Assembly: GCF_006345805.1 (NCBI RefSeq)
Contig: NC_042998.1
Span: 87,606,001 to 87,670,000 of the forward strand
Direction of reading: 5' to 3'
DNA: 64,000 nucleotides
Source: Octopus sinensis
Taxonomy: Eukaryota
In this document: positions 52,525 through 64,000 of the stretch, piece after piece
Position numbering within the stretch: the first letter of the stretch is position 1
Layout of the letters: every line of letters begins with the position of its first letter
Notes under the pieces: model-generated
The model's input: the letters and a program-made list of their open reading frames with translations, nothing else
Told to the model about the DNA's origin: nothing
Databases searched by the model: none
Made by a program: the position numbers and the translations under genes

Positions 52525-53531
52525 TATATTGAAAGCCACAATGATTACAAATATATAAATAAATCATAGTGAAGTTGCAAAATTAGTTTCTTTTGTTATA
52601 ATTACCAATTTTATTGTGAATTTAGTTAAAATGAAACTGATCTATGTAATTATGAGTCATTCATGCGTAGTTTCATATGTTTTAAGAGTTTCGAATATCC
52701 ATCTTCAGTTACACTGGTTCCATATTCAAATACTACATATTTTCGAATATCACATAAAACGTTCGTTATTCTCTGCATTCAAATATTTTGCTTGGAGTGT
52801 GTATCATATGTCATTGGTCTTTCGTATTATAACTTCCATTTTCATAGTGCTTTGACGCTTCTTTAAGTAATTATAATGCTTTGTAAAATGTTCATTCATA
52901 TTTATCAACCGCCAACTTCATCAAGCCATAAAATTTCCTGTTTAATAGTCGGAGCGATAGTAGACGCATTTATATAACTAAAAATGAACATTCGTTCTTG
53001 GGAAAGAAGCAGTTGAATGTGTTTGTACTGATCATTATTACAATGAAAACCAAATAACTCATTTTTTTTGCATCATCAGAGGAAATGTGGCATAAATCAA
53101 GTAATCAACGTCGTTATAATTATTGCTTTTTGTTGTTGTCATGGCAACTAATTAAGCTGCAAAATATCAACAACAGGAAGTCGATTTGTGGAAAATGTGC
53201 AATAACCAATGGTATATTTTAAAACAACAGCTAACAATATTTTTTTATCTGCTTTATGTTAGAACTTGTATCTGTATACATGTATGAGTGTGTATCCAGT
53301 AGTAGCTGTAGTGGTGGTGGTGATAGTATCCACCTCCTCCACCTCACCACCCTCCTCCTCCTCCGCCTCCTCCTCCCCTCCTTCTTTTTCTTTTTCTTCT
53401 TTTATTAATTTTTCATTGACGCTTTTGTTCGACAGATTTTATACCAACACTATACAAAAAGAGCGACCCATATCAAATGGCCAAAGGCCCTTTGAATTAT
53501 TCCTTCCACTTTCTAACAACCTCCTTAAGAT

Positions 53532-53590
<59 letters not shown>

Positions 53591-53618
53591 GTTATTATTG
53601 TTATTATTATTATTATCC

Positions 53619-53681
<63 letters not shown>

Positions 53682-53692
53682 GTATCATTATT

Positions 53693-54229
53693 GAGTGAGA
53701 GAGCAGTGCATGCCATCAAAGTGACACTGGGGTAAAATATACGAAGTTTAGTACACCCATCATAACTACCCGTCTGATAAGGGTACACCAGGCACATGCA
53801 GCATGACCATATGTGCCCGACATAGTGATCTTATAGCAAGAAAAACAGCGTATGACCCTGTAGGCGAGGCCGAGTTAGAATTTTCTTCTGGTCGAGTAAC
53901 CCATCCCACTCGAAAGGTCCCCGAATAAGGGTTGTTTAAGGATGTTGAACGAAACAGCAATGTTTCCCTCTTAATGCCCTGATGCAATACCAGACAGTGG
54001 CTCTTGTGGCTTCTGATCTTAACTGATTGGAAGTGTTATCATGTACATTGTTTTTGTCTTGGTATAAGAGATGGGCTACAGTAAATCTTCTGCTCAATAC
54101 CAGAGATTTGCTTGTCAGTTGTTTGACCATAATCAGTTGAGCATGTCCCTTAGTGGCTGATGATTTGTGCATCTCCGATCACGAGTAGAAGTAGTGGGGG
54201 AGCATCATACACATGTTTTGCGAGGGAAT
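53693..54229 (-). mobile_element. ~550-bp element copy with its 5' half inverted
   Basis: 53693-53967 is in the normal orientation; 53973-54229 is the reverse complement of the remaining half; ~25 nt are missing at the junction. Confidence 0.9.
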
Positions 54230-54244
54230 ATTATTATTATTATT

Positions 54245-57200
54245 CAGTAGTTTTATTTTTATAGCGTGTTTTCACTTCACTACCGAGCGCAGCTCTGTGT
54301 GCCTTGGGTATGTGCTGTGATTTGTTGTGATGCTCTGATGGTTATTGTATGGAAAGTGTTCTGCGTAGGATGTGTGCAGTGCCTAGTAGTGCAATTTTCT
54401 GTATGTTATATGTGTTTGTAAGTCCTGGTGTTTTTGTTATGTATTTGTCTGAATATTTTTTTATCATGCCTAATGCACCTACTATGATAGGAATTGTTTC
54501 TGTTTTCAGGTTCCACATTCTAGTTACCTCTATTTCCAGGTCTTTGTATTTTGAGAGTTTCTCCATTTCTTTTAGAGACACGTTGTCATCAGCCGGTATT
54601 GATACATCAATTAGAAAGCAATTTTTTTCTTCATGATCTCTGACAACTATATCTGGTCTGTTGGCCTTAATTTCTCTATCTGTGTGTATCGGCATATCCC
54701 AGAGTATGGTTGCTTTCTCGTTTTCTGTGACCTTTTCTGGTGTGTGCCTATACCATCTTTTTTCTGTTGTTATTCCATAATGTTGGCATAGCTTCCAATG
54801 TATGTAGGTTCCAACTCTGTCATGTCTGTGAATATATTCCTTCTTAGCCAGGACTGGGCAGCTAGAGATAATATGATTTATTGTTTCTTGTCCATCTCCA
54901 CATATTCTGCGGTTACTTGTAATATTTCTTTTCATTACATGTTTTTGGTAATTTCTGGTGGGGAGGCTTTGGTCTTGTGCTGCAATTAAAAATCCCTCTG
55001 TTTCTGCTTTGAGTCCTGAGCTTCTCAACCATTGCTGGGATTTGTCTTTGTCTATTTCTTTTGCGTTTAGTTTAGTGCAGTATTTACCATGAAGGGGTTT
55101 TTCTTGCCATCGTTTTATCATGGCTCGTTGCTGTTCTATTTTTAGTTTGGATTTCATTTGTTTTATAGCTTTTGTTGTTTCTTCATCATCTTCTTCTTCT
55201 TCTTTGTGTTTATTAGGTGGTATGATTTCTTGTTTGTATTTGTCAGCTTCCTTAAATACTGAGAACAGTTTTTTGTTTTGCTCGTGTTTTGCTGCTATCT
55301 GGATCAGTTTTCCTTCCTTCTGAAGTAGGTATTTTTGCAGTCCTATGGTGGTTATTTTATAGTAGTTTTCCAGCTGTATAAGGCCTCTACCACCTTCTAT
55401 ACGTTGTATATATAGTCTTTCTATGTCAGATTTTGGGTGATGCATCCTAGATCCTGTCAGTATTTTTCTTGTTTTCCTATCTATTTTGGACAGTTCATTT
55501 CGTGTCCAGTTAAGGATATTGTAGCTGTAACTTATAACTGGGACAGCTAAAGTGTTGATACCTATTATCTTGTTTTTAGCATTGAGCTCTGTTTTTAGTA
55601 TTGATCTACCTCGTCTATAATATTCTTTTTTTATTTTCTCTTTCATTTGTGTGTGTTGTGTCTTATCTAGTTCATGGATTCCTAAGTATTTGTAAGTTTG
55701 GCTTGGTCTAATTCTTTTATTTCATTGGTTTTATCTAGTGTGATGTTGTTACTCTTAACTAGTTTTCCTCTTTTCATGGTTACTTTGGCGCATTTTTCTA
55801 ATCCAAATTTCATATCTATTTCTTTGGTAAATCCATGAACTGTCTTTAATAGTGTTTCCAGCTGTTTGTCATTTGCAGCGTATAGTTTTAGGTCATCCAT
55901 ATATAAAAGGTGGCTGATCGTTTTGCCGTAACATTTATATCCGCATCCAGTTCTATTTAGCATATCAGATAGAGGTGACAGTGCCAAGCAGAAAAGGAGT
56001 GGAGAGAGCGTGTCTCCCTGGAATATTCCTCTTCTAATGGGGATGTCTTTGGTTTTCATGAGTTCCTCTTTTGTTTGGAGGTCTAGGACTGTTTGCCATT
56101 TATTCATAGAGTGCTCTATGAATTTTATGATTGTTGGTGCTACTTTGTTAATGGCTAGTGTTTCGAGGATCCATGTGTGGGGGATGCTATCAAACGCCTT
56201 TTTGTAGTCAATCCAGGCTATACTGAGGCCTTTCTTCTTTCTGTGGCTGTCTTCAGTTACGGCTTTATTAATCATTAGTTGATCTTTACAGCCATATGAG
56301 CCCTTGCGGCATCCTTTCTGCTCTTCTGGGAACAGTTTGTTTTCGTCCAGGTGCTTGTTCAGCCTTTGCGATATCACTGCAGTAAATGCCTTGAACATAG
56401 TAGGGAGGCAGGTTATTGGTCTGTAGTTTTCTGGTTTTGTTGTTTCATTTGATTTGGGAATTAAGATGGTTTTCCCCTTCGTGAGCCATTCAGGCATTGT
56501 CTCTGGCTCTGCTAGTATGCTGTTAAAGTTTTCAGCCAGCTTTTTGTGCATTCCTGTTAGATATTTCAACCAGAATTTGGGGATCTTGTCATGCCCAGGT
56601 GCCTTCCAGTTGCTTAGTTTTTGCAGTGCCTGGGTGACCTCTTCAGTTGTTATGGGGGTCCAAAGTTGTTCAGATGTCGAGTTTGTTATTTTGATACTCC
56701 TTTTTTTTGGCTGTTCGTTCGCCGACCATATTTCTTTCCAGAATTCTTCCAATTCTTCTGCCGTTGGTGCTGCAGTGACTTCTATTTTATTTTTGCCCAG
56801 TTCTTGGTAGAACTTTTTGGGGTCGAAGTTGAACTTTTTGTTCTGTTCAAAGAAGCGTTGGCGTTTCTCGTACCGGCGGATCCTTTGAGCTTTGGCAAGG
56901 ATATCTTGCTTCAGCTTTTCTTTTATCTCCGGCAAATCTTTTTCTGTGATGTTATATTTGCGGAGCATTTTTGTTCTCTTTTTGTTGCTCAGTAGCGTTG
57001 CTTGTTTGCTGATTTCATTAAGAATCGACAGGTCTTTTCTAATTTTTTAAATTTTGTTTTGGATGTTATTTATCCACAGGGTTTGTCTGGGTGGTGGTAC
57101 TCCTGTTTGGGCGGGTTTGGGTGAGTATCCAGCTTCTTTTGTGGCTGCAGTGGCTGCTGCGTATATCAGGTCATTTAGTTCAGTGATATCACTTTTTTTT

Positions 57201-58209
57201 GTTTCAGTGGCTAGTTCAGTGACGGCTAGGTTTATGTTGTTTATAATTGGTGTTGTTATTGCGTTTATTTTTATTCTTGGGAGGTATGGTCGGTGGTCCA
57301 TTTTGAGCTCTGTGGTTTTTAGTTCTTTGATTATTTTATTTTTATATTATCATAATCATTAGGCTCCCCTTCGTTGTTTACATCGTGTTTGTTGGGAATG
57401 TTGCGTTTGTCTTCGTGTTTTACAGTTTCAGTGTTTATATTATTGGGCATTGTTGTGTGGCTTCTATCTACATTTTCCTGGTGTATTTTTTCTTTTAAAT
57501 GTTCTATTTCTATTTCTGATATTTTTTTGGCTTTGAGAATGTATTTTCGTACGTTAGCTAATTTATTAGGGTTCATTGCTGTATCCAAGTCTATATCTCT
57601 ATTATTTTCCTTCCATATTTTATATGTATGTGTTGTTGTATTTTCATTTTGTGGGTAGAGCATTGCTGTGAAGTATGCGTGTAAGATAGAAATGTATTCC
57701 TCACGTGTCCATTTACGTCTTTTGGGTTTTAATTGCGGGACATGAGGTATAACGTCCGGCCCATTATTTTGACGGTCGTCATTTTCGTAGGGTGCCGGTC
57801 CGTTTATTTCTGTTGTCACATTATTTCGCACGTGTAGTTTTTCGTACATTTTTTGTTGTAGGTTTAATGTACGTACCGCTCGATTGTGATTCTTGGGTTG
57901 AATAGTATCGGTGGCATTTAATTTCTTCGTAGTTCCTTTGTACATGGTGTTTGAGGTCGGGGATGATCGTGTTGTTCCACGCATGTTTACATGTGTTGTG
58001 TTAGAGGTGGAGATAATATCGAGTCAAAATACATCATTTCGTTTCGAAAATAGTAATAAATTTCAATTCGTATTACTTACTCGGATATAGTCCAATTCTT
58101 TGTTAGTAAATCTTTGGCTCCATAGGGTGTTCTTGTTTCCGATGTTTGTGGATAGATTTCGGAGCTCTGTATTTTCCTTCTTACATCTAAACGTCCCCGG
58201 TGTCTTACT
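54245..58209 (-). mobile_element. Near full-length R4/Dong-clade non-LTR retrotransposon (myb-like N-terminus, RT, zinc knuckle, REL endonuclease), ORF split by ~3 frameshifts
   Basis: ORFs 57331-57984 (KRRKWTREEY), 57047-57301, 55682-56968 (YRPITCL, DYKKAFDSIPH, GIFQGDTLSPLLF, YMDD) and 54342-55646 (ETINHIISSC, RPDIVVRD..LIDVSIP..KLSKYKDL). (TAA)n at both ends. Confidence 0.95.
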
Positions 58210-58326
58210 ATTATTATTATATTATTATTATTATTATTATTATTATTGTTGTTGTTGTTGTTGTTGTTGTTTTGTTGTTGTTGTTGTTGTTCTTCTTCTT
58301 CTTTCTTCTTCTTCTTCTTCTTCTTC

Positions 58327-58364
<38 letters not shown>

Positions 58365-58917
58365 GAGTGAGCGAGCAGAGCATGCCATCAAAGTGACACT
58401 GGGGTAAAATATACGAAGCCCAGTATACCCATCATGACTACCCGTCTGATAAGGGTACTCTAGGCACATGCATCACAACCATATGTGCGCGACTTGGTGA
58501 TCTCATATCAAGATAAACAGCACATGACCTTGCAAGTGGAGCCCAGTTAGAATTTTCTTCAGATCGAGTAACCCATCCCGCTCAAAAGGTCCCTGAATAA
58601 GGGTTGTTTAAGGACGTTGAACGAAACACCCATGTTTCCAGAGGTGAATTATTCAAACCCCAAAGAATCCTTCTCAACACATGGCTATGATGCTCCCCCA
58701 CTACTTCTGCTTGTGATCAGAGATGCACATATCGTCAGCCACTAAGGGACATGCTCAACTGGTTAAGGTCAAACAACTGACAAGCAAATCTGTGGTATTG
58801 AGCAGAATATTTGCTGTAGCCCATCTTTTATACCAAGACAAAACAATGTACATGATAACACTTCCAATCAGTTAAGATCAGAAGCCATGAGAGCCACTGC
58901 CTGGTACTGCATCAGGG

Positions 58918-58920
<3 letters not shown>
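58365..58920 (-). mobile_element. Full-length ~550-bp (TAA)n-associated non-coding element
   Basis: gagtgagcgagcag...ctggtactgcatcagggcat between trinucleotide arrays. Confidence 0.92.
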
Positions 58921-58973
<53 letters not shown>

Positions 58974-58983
58974 CCATCATCAC

Positions 58984-59058
<75 letters not shown>

Positions 59059-59071
59059 CATCATCATCATC

Positions 59072-59152
<81 letters not shown>

Positions 59153-59409
59153 TATTATTATTATTATTATTTTTTCTTTAACACAGGTTTTGTTGGAGAT
59201 CCTGAAGTCTTGCATGCGTAGCGGATTTTACTAACTGCAGCCTACGGTACCATGTTATTCGTTCTTTTTAGCTATTTAACACTTTTCTGTTTATTCTGGC
59301 CGTGCCAACGGGGCAAAACTTTTGTAAGAGTTCTACTGGACACTCTATTCAAATTTCCTTTATATTCCTCTTGATGCCTTCTGATACTGTTCCACAATAA
59401 TTAGCAGTC

Positions 59410-60845
59410 TTCATCTTCTTCATTTACCATAGCCAGGCTATTTCATACTTAACAGCGTCATATCTATCTATCTCTTTCCCTTCCTTCTTAACTATTCGTA
59501 GGGCAAAGGGGCATACAAAGTCAACTATATAGCATAAGTAGTGTACTTTGTCCACCATCACTAGCTCCGGTCTGTTATGCTCTAGTACCTGATGAGTTTG
59601 GACTGGGAAATCCCAGAGGATTTTGCTAGTCTCCGACTCAGCCACTCTCTGCTGTCTGTGTTCATACCACATGTTGCCTCTGTCTAGCCCCCACTTTACA
59701 TACAGTTTCCAGTGGATCACTTTCGCTACATGGTCGTGTCGCCACAAGTTGTAGTGGTTTTGAACAAGTCTATGGCATTCGCTCGTGATATGGGCAATGG
59801 ATTCAACCATTTTATTGCAGATGTAGCACAGCGGAGACACTTGCTCATTCAAAGTTGACCCTCCAGTTCGTGGCAAGAGCTTGGTTCTGCGTTGCCAGTA
59901 TAGTGCACTCGGTATCATTTTTTAGGGTTTCTTTCATCAGCAAATAATACCTATTATTTCCAGCAACGTCTTTTCTAGCTACATGGAATTGATTGTGTTG
60001 TCCCTACTAGCGTAATTCTTCTTCATGTCATTTTTGTACTTTTCCCTTTCTTTTCTTGTTTTCTCTGCTCTCACTCCTCCCTCGTTCCTAACTGTCACTA
60101 GCAAGGTTTCCTTATTTTGGGCTAGGTATCTCGCTAAGTTCTCGAGTTCGATACTCACGCAGTCTTCCACATTTATCAGTCCCCTTCCTCTAGTTGTTCT
60201 CTTTATGTATAGGCGATCGGTGTCTGCACGTGGATGATGGGCTCCATGCAGCGTTAGGAGCTTTCTTGATTTCCTGTCTATCTCCCTTAGCACCTCCTCT
60301 GTACACTTTAGGATTCCAGCGGCATACCGAACCAATGCGAATGCACGCGAGTTTATTGTTGAAATTATGTTTCTGGCATTCAGCTTTGAAGCTAATATTT
60401 TTCTCACTCACCGCAAGTAATCTTTTTGTCTTTTCCGTAGTGTTTGATTCCATTTGCCTCAAGTATTCCCAGGTATTTATAGCTGGATTGAGTTTCAATT
60501 GCCTTCCTCATTTCACCACTTGGTAGCCATATGCCTTCTTTCCAGGTAAGCTTTCCTCGTCTCAACCATCTTAGCACATTTTGAAATTCAAAACTCCATC
60601 TTACTATTCTTGGAGAAAATCCGCACAGACTAGGCTATCCAGTTCTGCCTCAGCTTTTGTGAATAGCTTCAAGTCGTCCATCAATAGCAAGTGGTTTATT
60701 TTTCTCTTACCTCTTCCCAAAACATACCCCAACTTTGTTTTCTGTAGTATTTCACCTAAGGGGATCATTCTCAGCACGAATATCAGTGGGGACACACTGT
60801 CCCACTGGAAGATTCCCCTCTGGATTTTTACCTCTCCTAGTACTT
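59410..60845 (-). mobile_element. 5'-truncated degenerate R4/Dong-clade LINE (RT domains 4-7 through REL)
   Basis: RGIFQ.DSVSPLIF, HLLLMDDLK, HHPRADTDRLY, CYICNKMVESIAHITSEC and KILWDFPVQ..EHNRPELV. Confidence 0.85.
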
Positions 60846-61187
60846 GCTCAAAAGTTCCCTGAATAGGGGTTGTTTAAGGATGATAAACAAATCACCCATG
60901 TTTCTAAAGGTGAATTATCCAAATCCCAAAGAATTCCTCTCAATACATGGCTATGATGCTCCCCACTACTTCTGCTCGCGATCAGAAATGCACATATCGT
61001 CAGCCCCTAAGGGACATGCTCAAATAGCTAAGTTCAAGCTACTGACAAGCAAATCTGTGGTATTGAGCAGAATATTTGCTGTAGCCCATATTTTATACCA
61101 AGATAAAACAATGTACATGATAACACCTCCAATCGATTAAGATCAGAAGCCATGAGAGCCACTGCCTGGTACTGCCTCAAGGCATTT
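60846..61187 (-). mobile_element. 5' part of the ~550-bp element, fused to the R4 fragment
   Basis: Colinear with 58580-58920. Confidence 0.85.
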
Positions 61188-61233
61188 ATTATTGTCATCA
61201 TCATCATCATCATCATCACCATTATTATTATTA

Positions 61234-61268
<35 letters not shown>

Positions 61269-61288
61269 TATTATTATTATTATTATTA

Positions 61289-61328
<40 letters not shown>

Positions 61329-61331
<3 letters not shown>

Positions 61332-61870
61332 TAGTTTTATTTTTATAGCGTGCTTTCACTTCACTACCGGGCGCAGTATGTGCTGTGATTTGTTGTGATG
61401 CTCTGATTGTTATTGTATGGAAAGAGTTCTTCGTAGGATGTGTGCAGTGCCTAGTAGTGCAATTTTCTGTATGTTATATGTGTTTGTAAGTCCTGGTGTT
61501 TTTGTTATGTATTTGTCTGAATATTTTTTATCATGCCTAATGATAGGAATTGTTTCTGTTTTTAGATTCCACATTCTGGCTACCTCTATTTCCAGGTCTT
61601 TGTATTTTGAGAGTCTCTCCATTTCTTTTAGAGACACGTTGTCATCTGCCGGTATTGATACATCAATTAGAAAGCAATTTTTTTCTTCATGATCTCTGAC
61701 AACTATATCTGGTCTGTTATTCTTAATTTCTCTATCTGTGTGTATCGGCATATCCCAGAGTATGGCTGCCTTCTCGTTTTCTGTGACCTTTTCTGGTGTG
61801 TGCCTATACCATCTTTTTTCTGTTGTTATTCCATAATGTTGGCATAGCTTCCAGTGTATGTAGGTTCCAA

Positions 61871-61871
<1 letters not shown>
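61329..61871 (-). mobile_element. 5'-truncated copy of the same Dong subfamily as 54245-58209
   Basis: Nearly identical to 54245-54815 with two short deletions; (TTA)n on both sides. Confidence 0.93.
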
Positions 61872-61961
<90 letters not shown>

Positions 61962-62645
61962 GAGTGAGAGAGCAGTTCATGCCATCAAAGTGACACTGGG
62001 GTAAAATATACGAAGCCCAATATACCCATCATGACTACCCGTCTGATAAAGGTACACCAGGCACATGCATCACAACCATATGTGCGCGACATGGTGATCT
62101 CATATCAAGATAAACAGCACATGACCTTGCAGGTGGAGCCCAGTTTGAATTTTCTTCAGGTTGAGTAGCCCATCCCGCACAAACGGTCCCCGAATAAGGG
62201 TTGTTTAAGGATGTTGAAAGAACCACCCATGTTTCCAGAGGTGAACTATTCAAACCCCAAAGCATCCCTCTCAACACATGGCTATGATGCTCCCCCACTA
62301 CTTCTGCTCGTGATCAGAGATGCACATATCGTCAGCCACTAAGGGACATGCTCAACTGGTTAAGGTCAAACAACTGACAAGCAAATCTGTGGTATTGAGC
62401 AGAATATTTGCTGTAGCCCATCTTTTATACCAAGACAAAACAATGTACATGATAACACTTCCAATCAGTTAAGATCAGAAGCCATGAGAGCCACTGCCTG
62501 GTACTGCATCAGGGCATTTATTGAGCAGAATATTTGCTGTAGCCCATCTTTTATACCAAGACAAAACAATGTACATGATAACACTTCCAATCAGTTAAGA
62601 TCAGAAGCCATGAGAGCCACTGCCTGGTACTGCATCAGGGCATTT
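61962..62645 (-). mobile_element. Full-length ~550-bp element with a 126-bp terminal tandem duplication
   Basis: 62393-62518 is repeated as 62519-62644. Confidence 0.92.
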
Positions 62646-62664
62646 ATTATTATTATCATCATCA

Positions 62665-62695
<31 letters not shown>

Positions 62696-62696
<1 letters not shown>

Positions 62697-64000
62697 TCCT
62701 GCTTTCTTCAAATTTTCTTCCGTTTCTCGCCGAGTGTTTTCCGTACACCTAGGGCGGAGAAGCTCATTTATGCATTCCCACGCAAATTCACAGGTAAAAT
62801 ATGTACTTAAAAAAAAATTAAATAAGTTCATGAATGGATGTTGTTAATGAGCGATAATGCTCTTCTGAGTACATGAGCCATTCCAGTTAACACGATTTTT
62901 TTGCACTTTCTGTAGGGATGATAAGCTTGGCATCATTTTCACATAGGTTTCAGTACCTTTTTTTATCATGCCTAGATATCCTACAATCACTGGTACTGTA
63001 GTCGCCTTGAGATGCCACATTTTTTCAATTTCTATTAGCAAGACTTTATATTTACTGATCTAGTCAAATTCTTTCGCTGCTATATTGAGATCGCAAGGAA
63101 TACTCATGTCAATTAATAAACACACCTTTTTTGTCTGATAGTTTATAATAACATCCGGTTCATTAGCTTTTTATAGTTTTGTCGGTATGTACGGGGAAGT
63201 CCCACAGAATCGACACATTTTCTCCCTCAGTCACAGCTTCAGGATGGTGTTATACCATTTGTCAGCGGTTTTGGTTTTATAATGCCGACATATTGTCCAA
63301 TGTAAATACTGGCCGACTCTGTCATGTCTTGCTTTATATTCTACAGATGCTAAGACTCTACACTCTGAGATTAGGTGGTCTATAGTTTCAATCTCATCGT
63401 TACAGAATCGGCATTTTGGGTCAGCTCCATTTTTTATCACACTGGCTTGGTAGTTCTGGGTTAATAAGCTTTGGTCTTGAGCAGCTAATATGAAACCTTC
63501 ACTCTCTACTTTTAGCCCTGAGCTTCGTAAACATTGGTGCATGTGTTTCTGGTCGACATCAGCTTGCTTGCTACGGACCACATACTTGCCATGCAGAGGT
63601 TTCTGTGCTCATCTGCTAGCTAATTTTTCATGTGCTTTTGTCTTTGCAATTAACTTTATTTTCTTTGCAGTACCAGTTGGCGCATTTCCTTCTACCTGAT
63701 CAATCTGGTAGGTACCTAAGAGATCAATAGCGAATTTTTTGCACTCTCTTTCAGAATAGAGTGAAGGTTTTTCGGTCTTTCATGTTCTTCAACAAGTTTT
63801 AGCATCCAATCGTTGGTTGCTTCAAGGTATTTGGCCAGTCCGATTGTGGTGGTTTTGTGCGTAAGTTCAACCTGGATCAAACCTCGACCTTCCTGAGCTC
63901 TGGGAGGGTAAAAACAATCCACGTCTGCCTTTGGATGGTGCATCTTATTACAAGTCAGTTGCTTGAAGATTTTTCTGTCAATTTTCATTATTTCACTGGT
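62696..64000 (-). mobile_element. Another R4/Dong subfamily, 3' portion running off the window end, with 3' UTR ending in (TAA)n
   Basis: MHHPKADVDCFY, SSGLKVESEGFILAAQDQSL, CRFCNDEIETIDHLISEC..ARHD and EIEKMWHLKATTVPVIVG. Confidence 0.88.

Noticed and set aside
58800-58920. HDV-like ribozyme at the 5' end of the 550-bp element (gccctga...tcatggc pairing)
   Set aside because: A 6-of-7-bp stem is present, but I could not place P1.1, P3/L3 or the catalytic C; treated as a simple hairpin.

Overview
Repeat-dominated eukaryotic DNA, most likely from an octopus (inferred from the SINE families, dense microsatellites and retroelement content). I could not identify any host protein-coding gene. The window is a mosaic of: R4/Dong-clade REL-endonuclease LINEs, including one near-full-length copy in (TAA)n arrays, plus a ~550-bp non-coding partner element; a Tx1/L1-type LINE inside an (ATCT)n array; two large Penelope-like elements (PLEs) and several PLE relics; mariner, DD41D Tc1/mariner and MITE remnants; tRNA/CORE SINEs; and RTE fragments. 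The standout feature is a head-to-tail array of ~350-bp non-coding monomers at 32376-33686. Each monomer carries an intact type I hammerhead ribozyme (4 copies). A short inverted copy of the monomer end precedes the array, which abuts the truncated GIY-YIG domain of a PLE. This architecture matches a non-LTR retrozyme (circular-RNA-forming, self-cleaving retroelement) with a PLE-style insertion scar. All calls come from manual reading; no database searches or folding programs were run.
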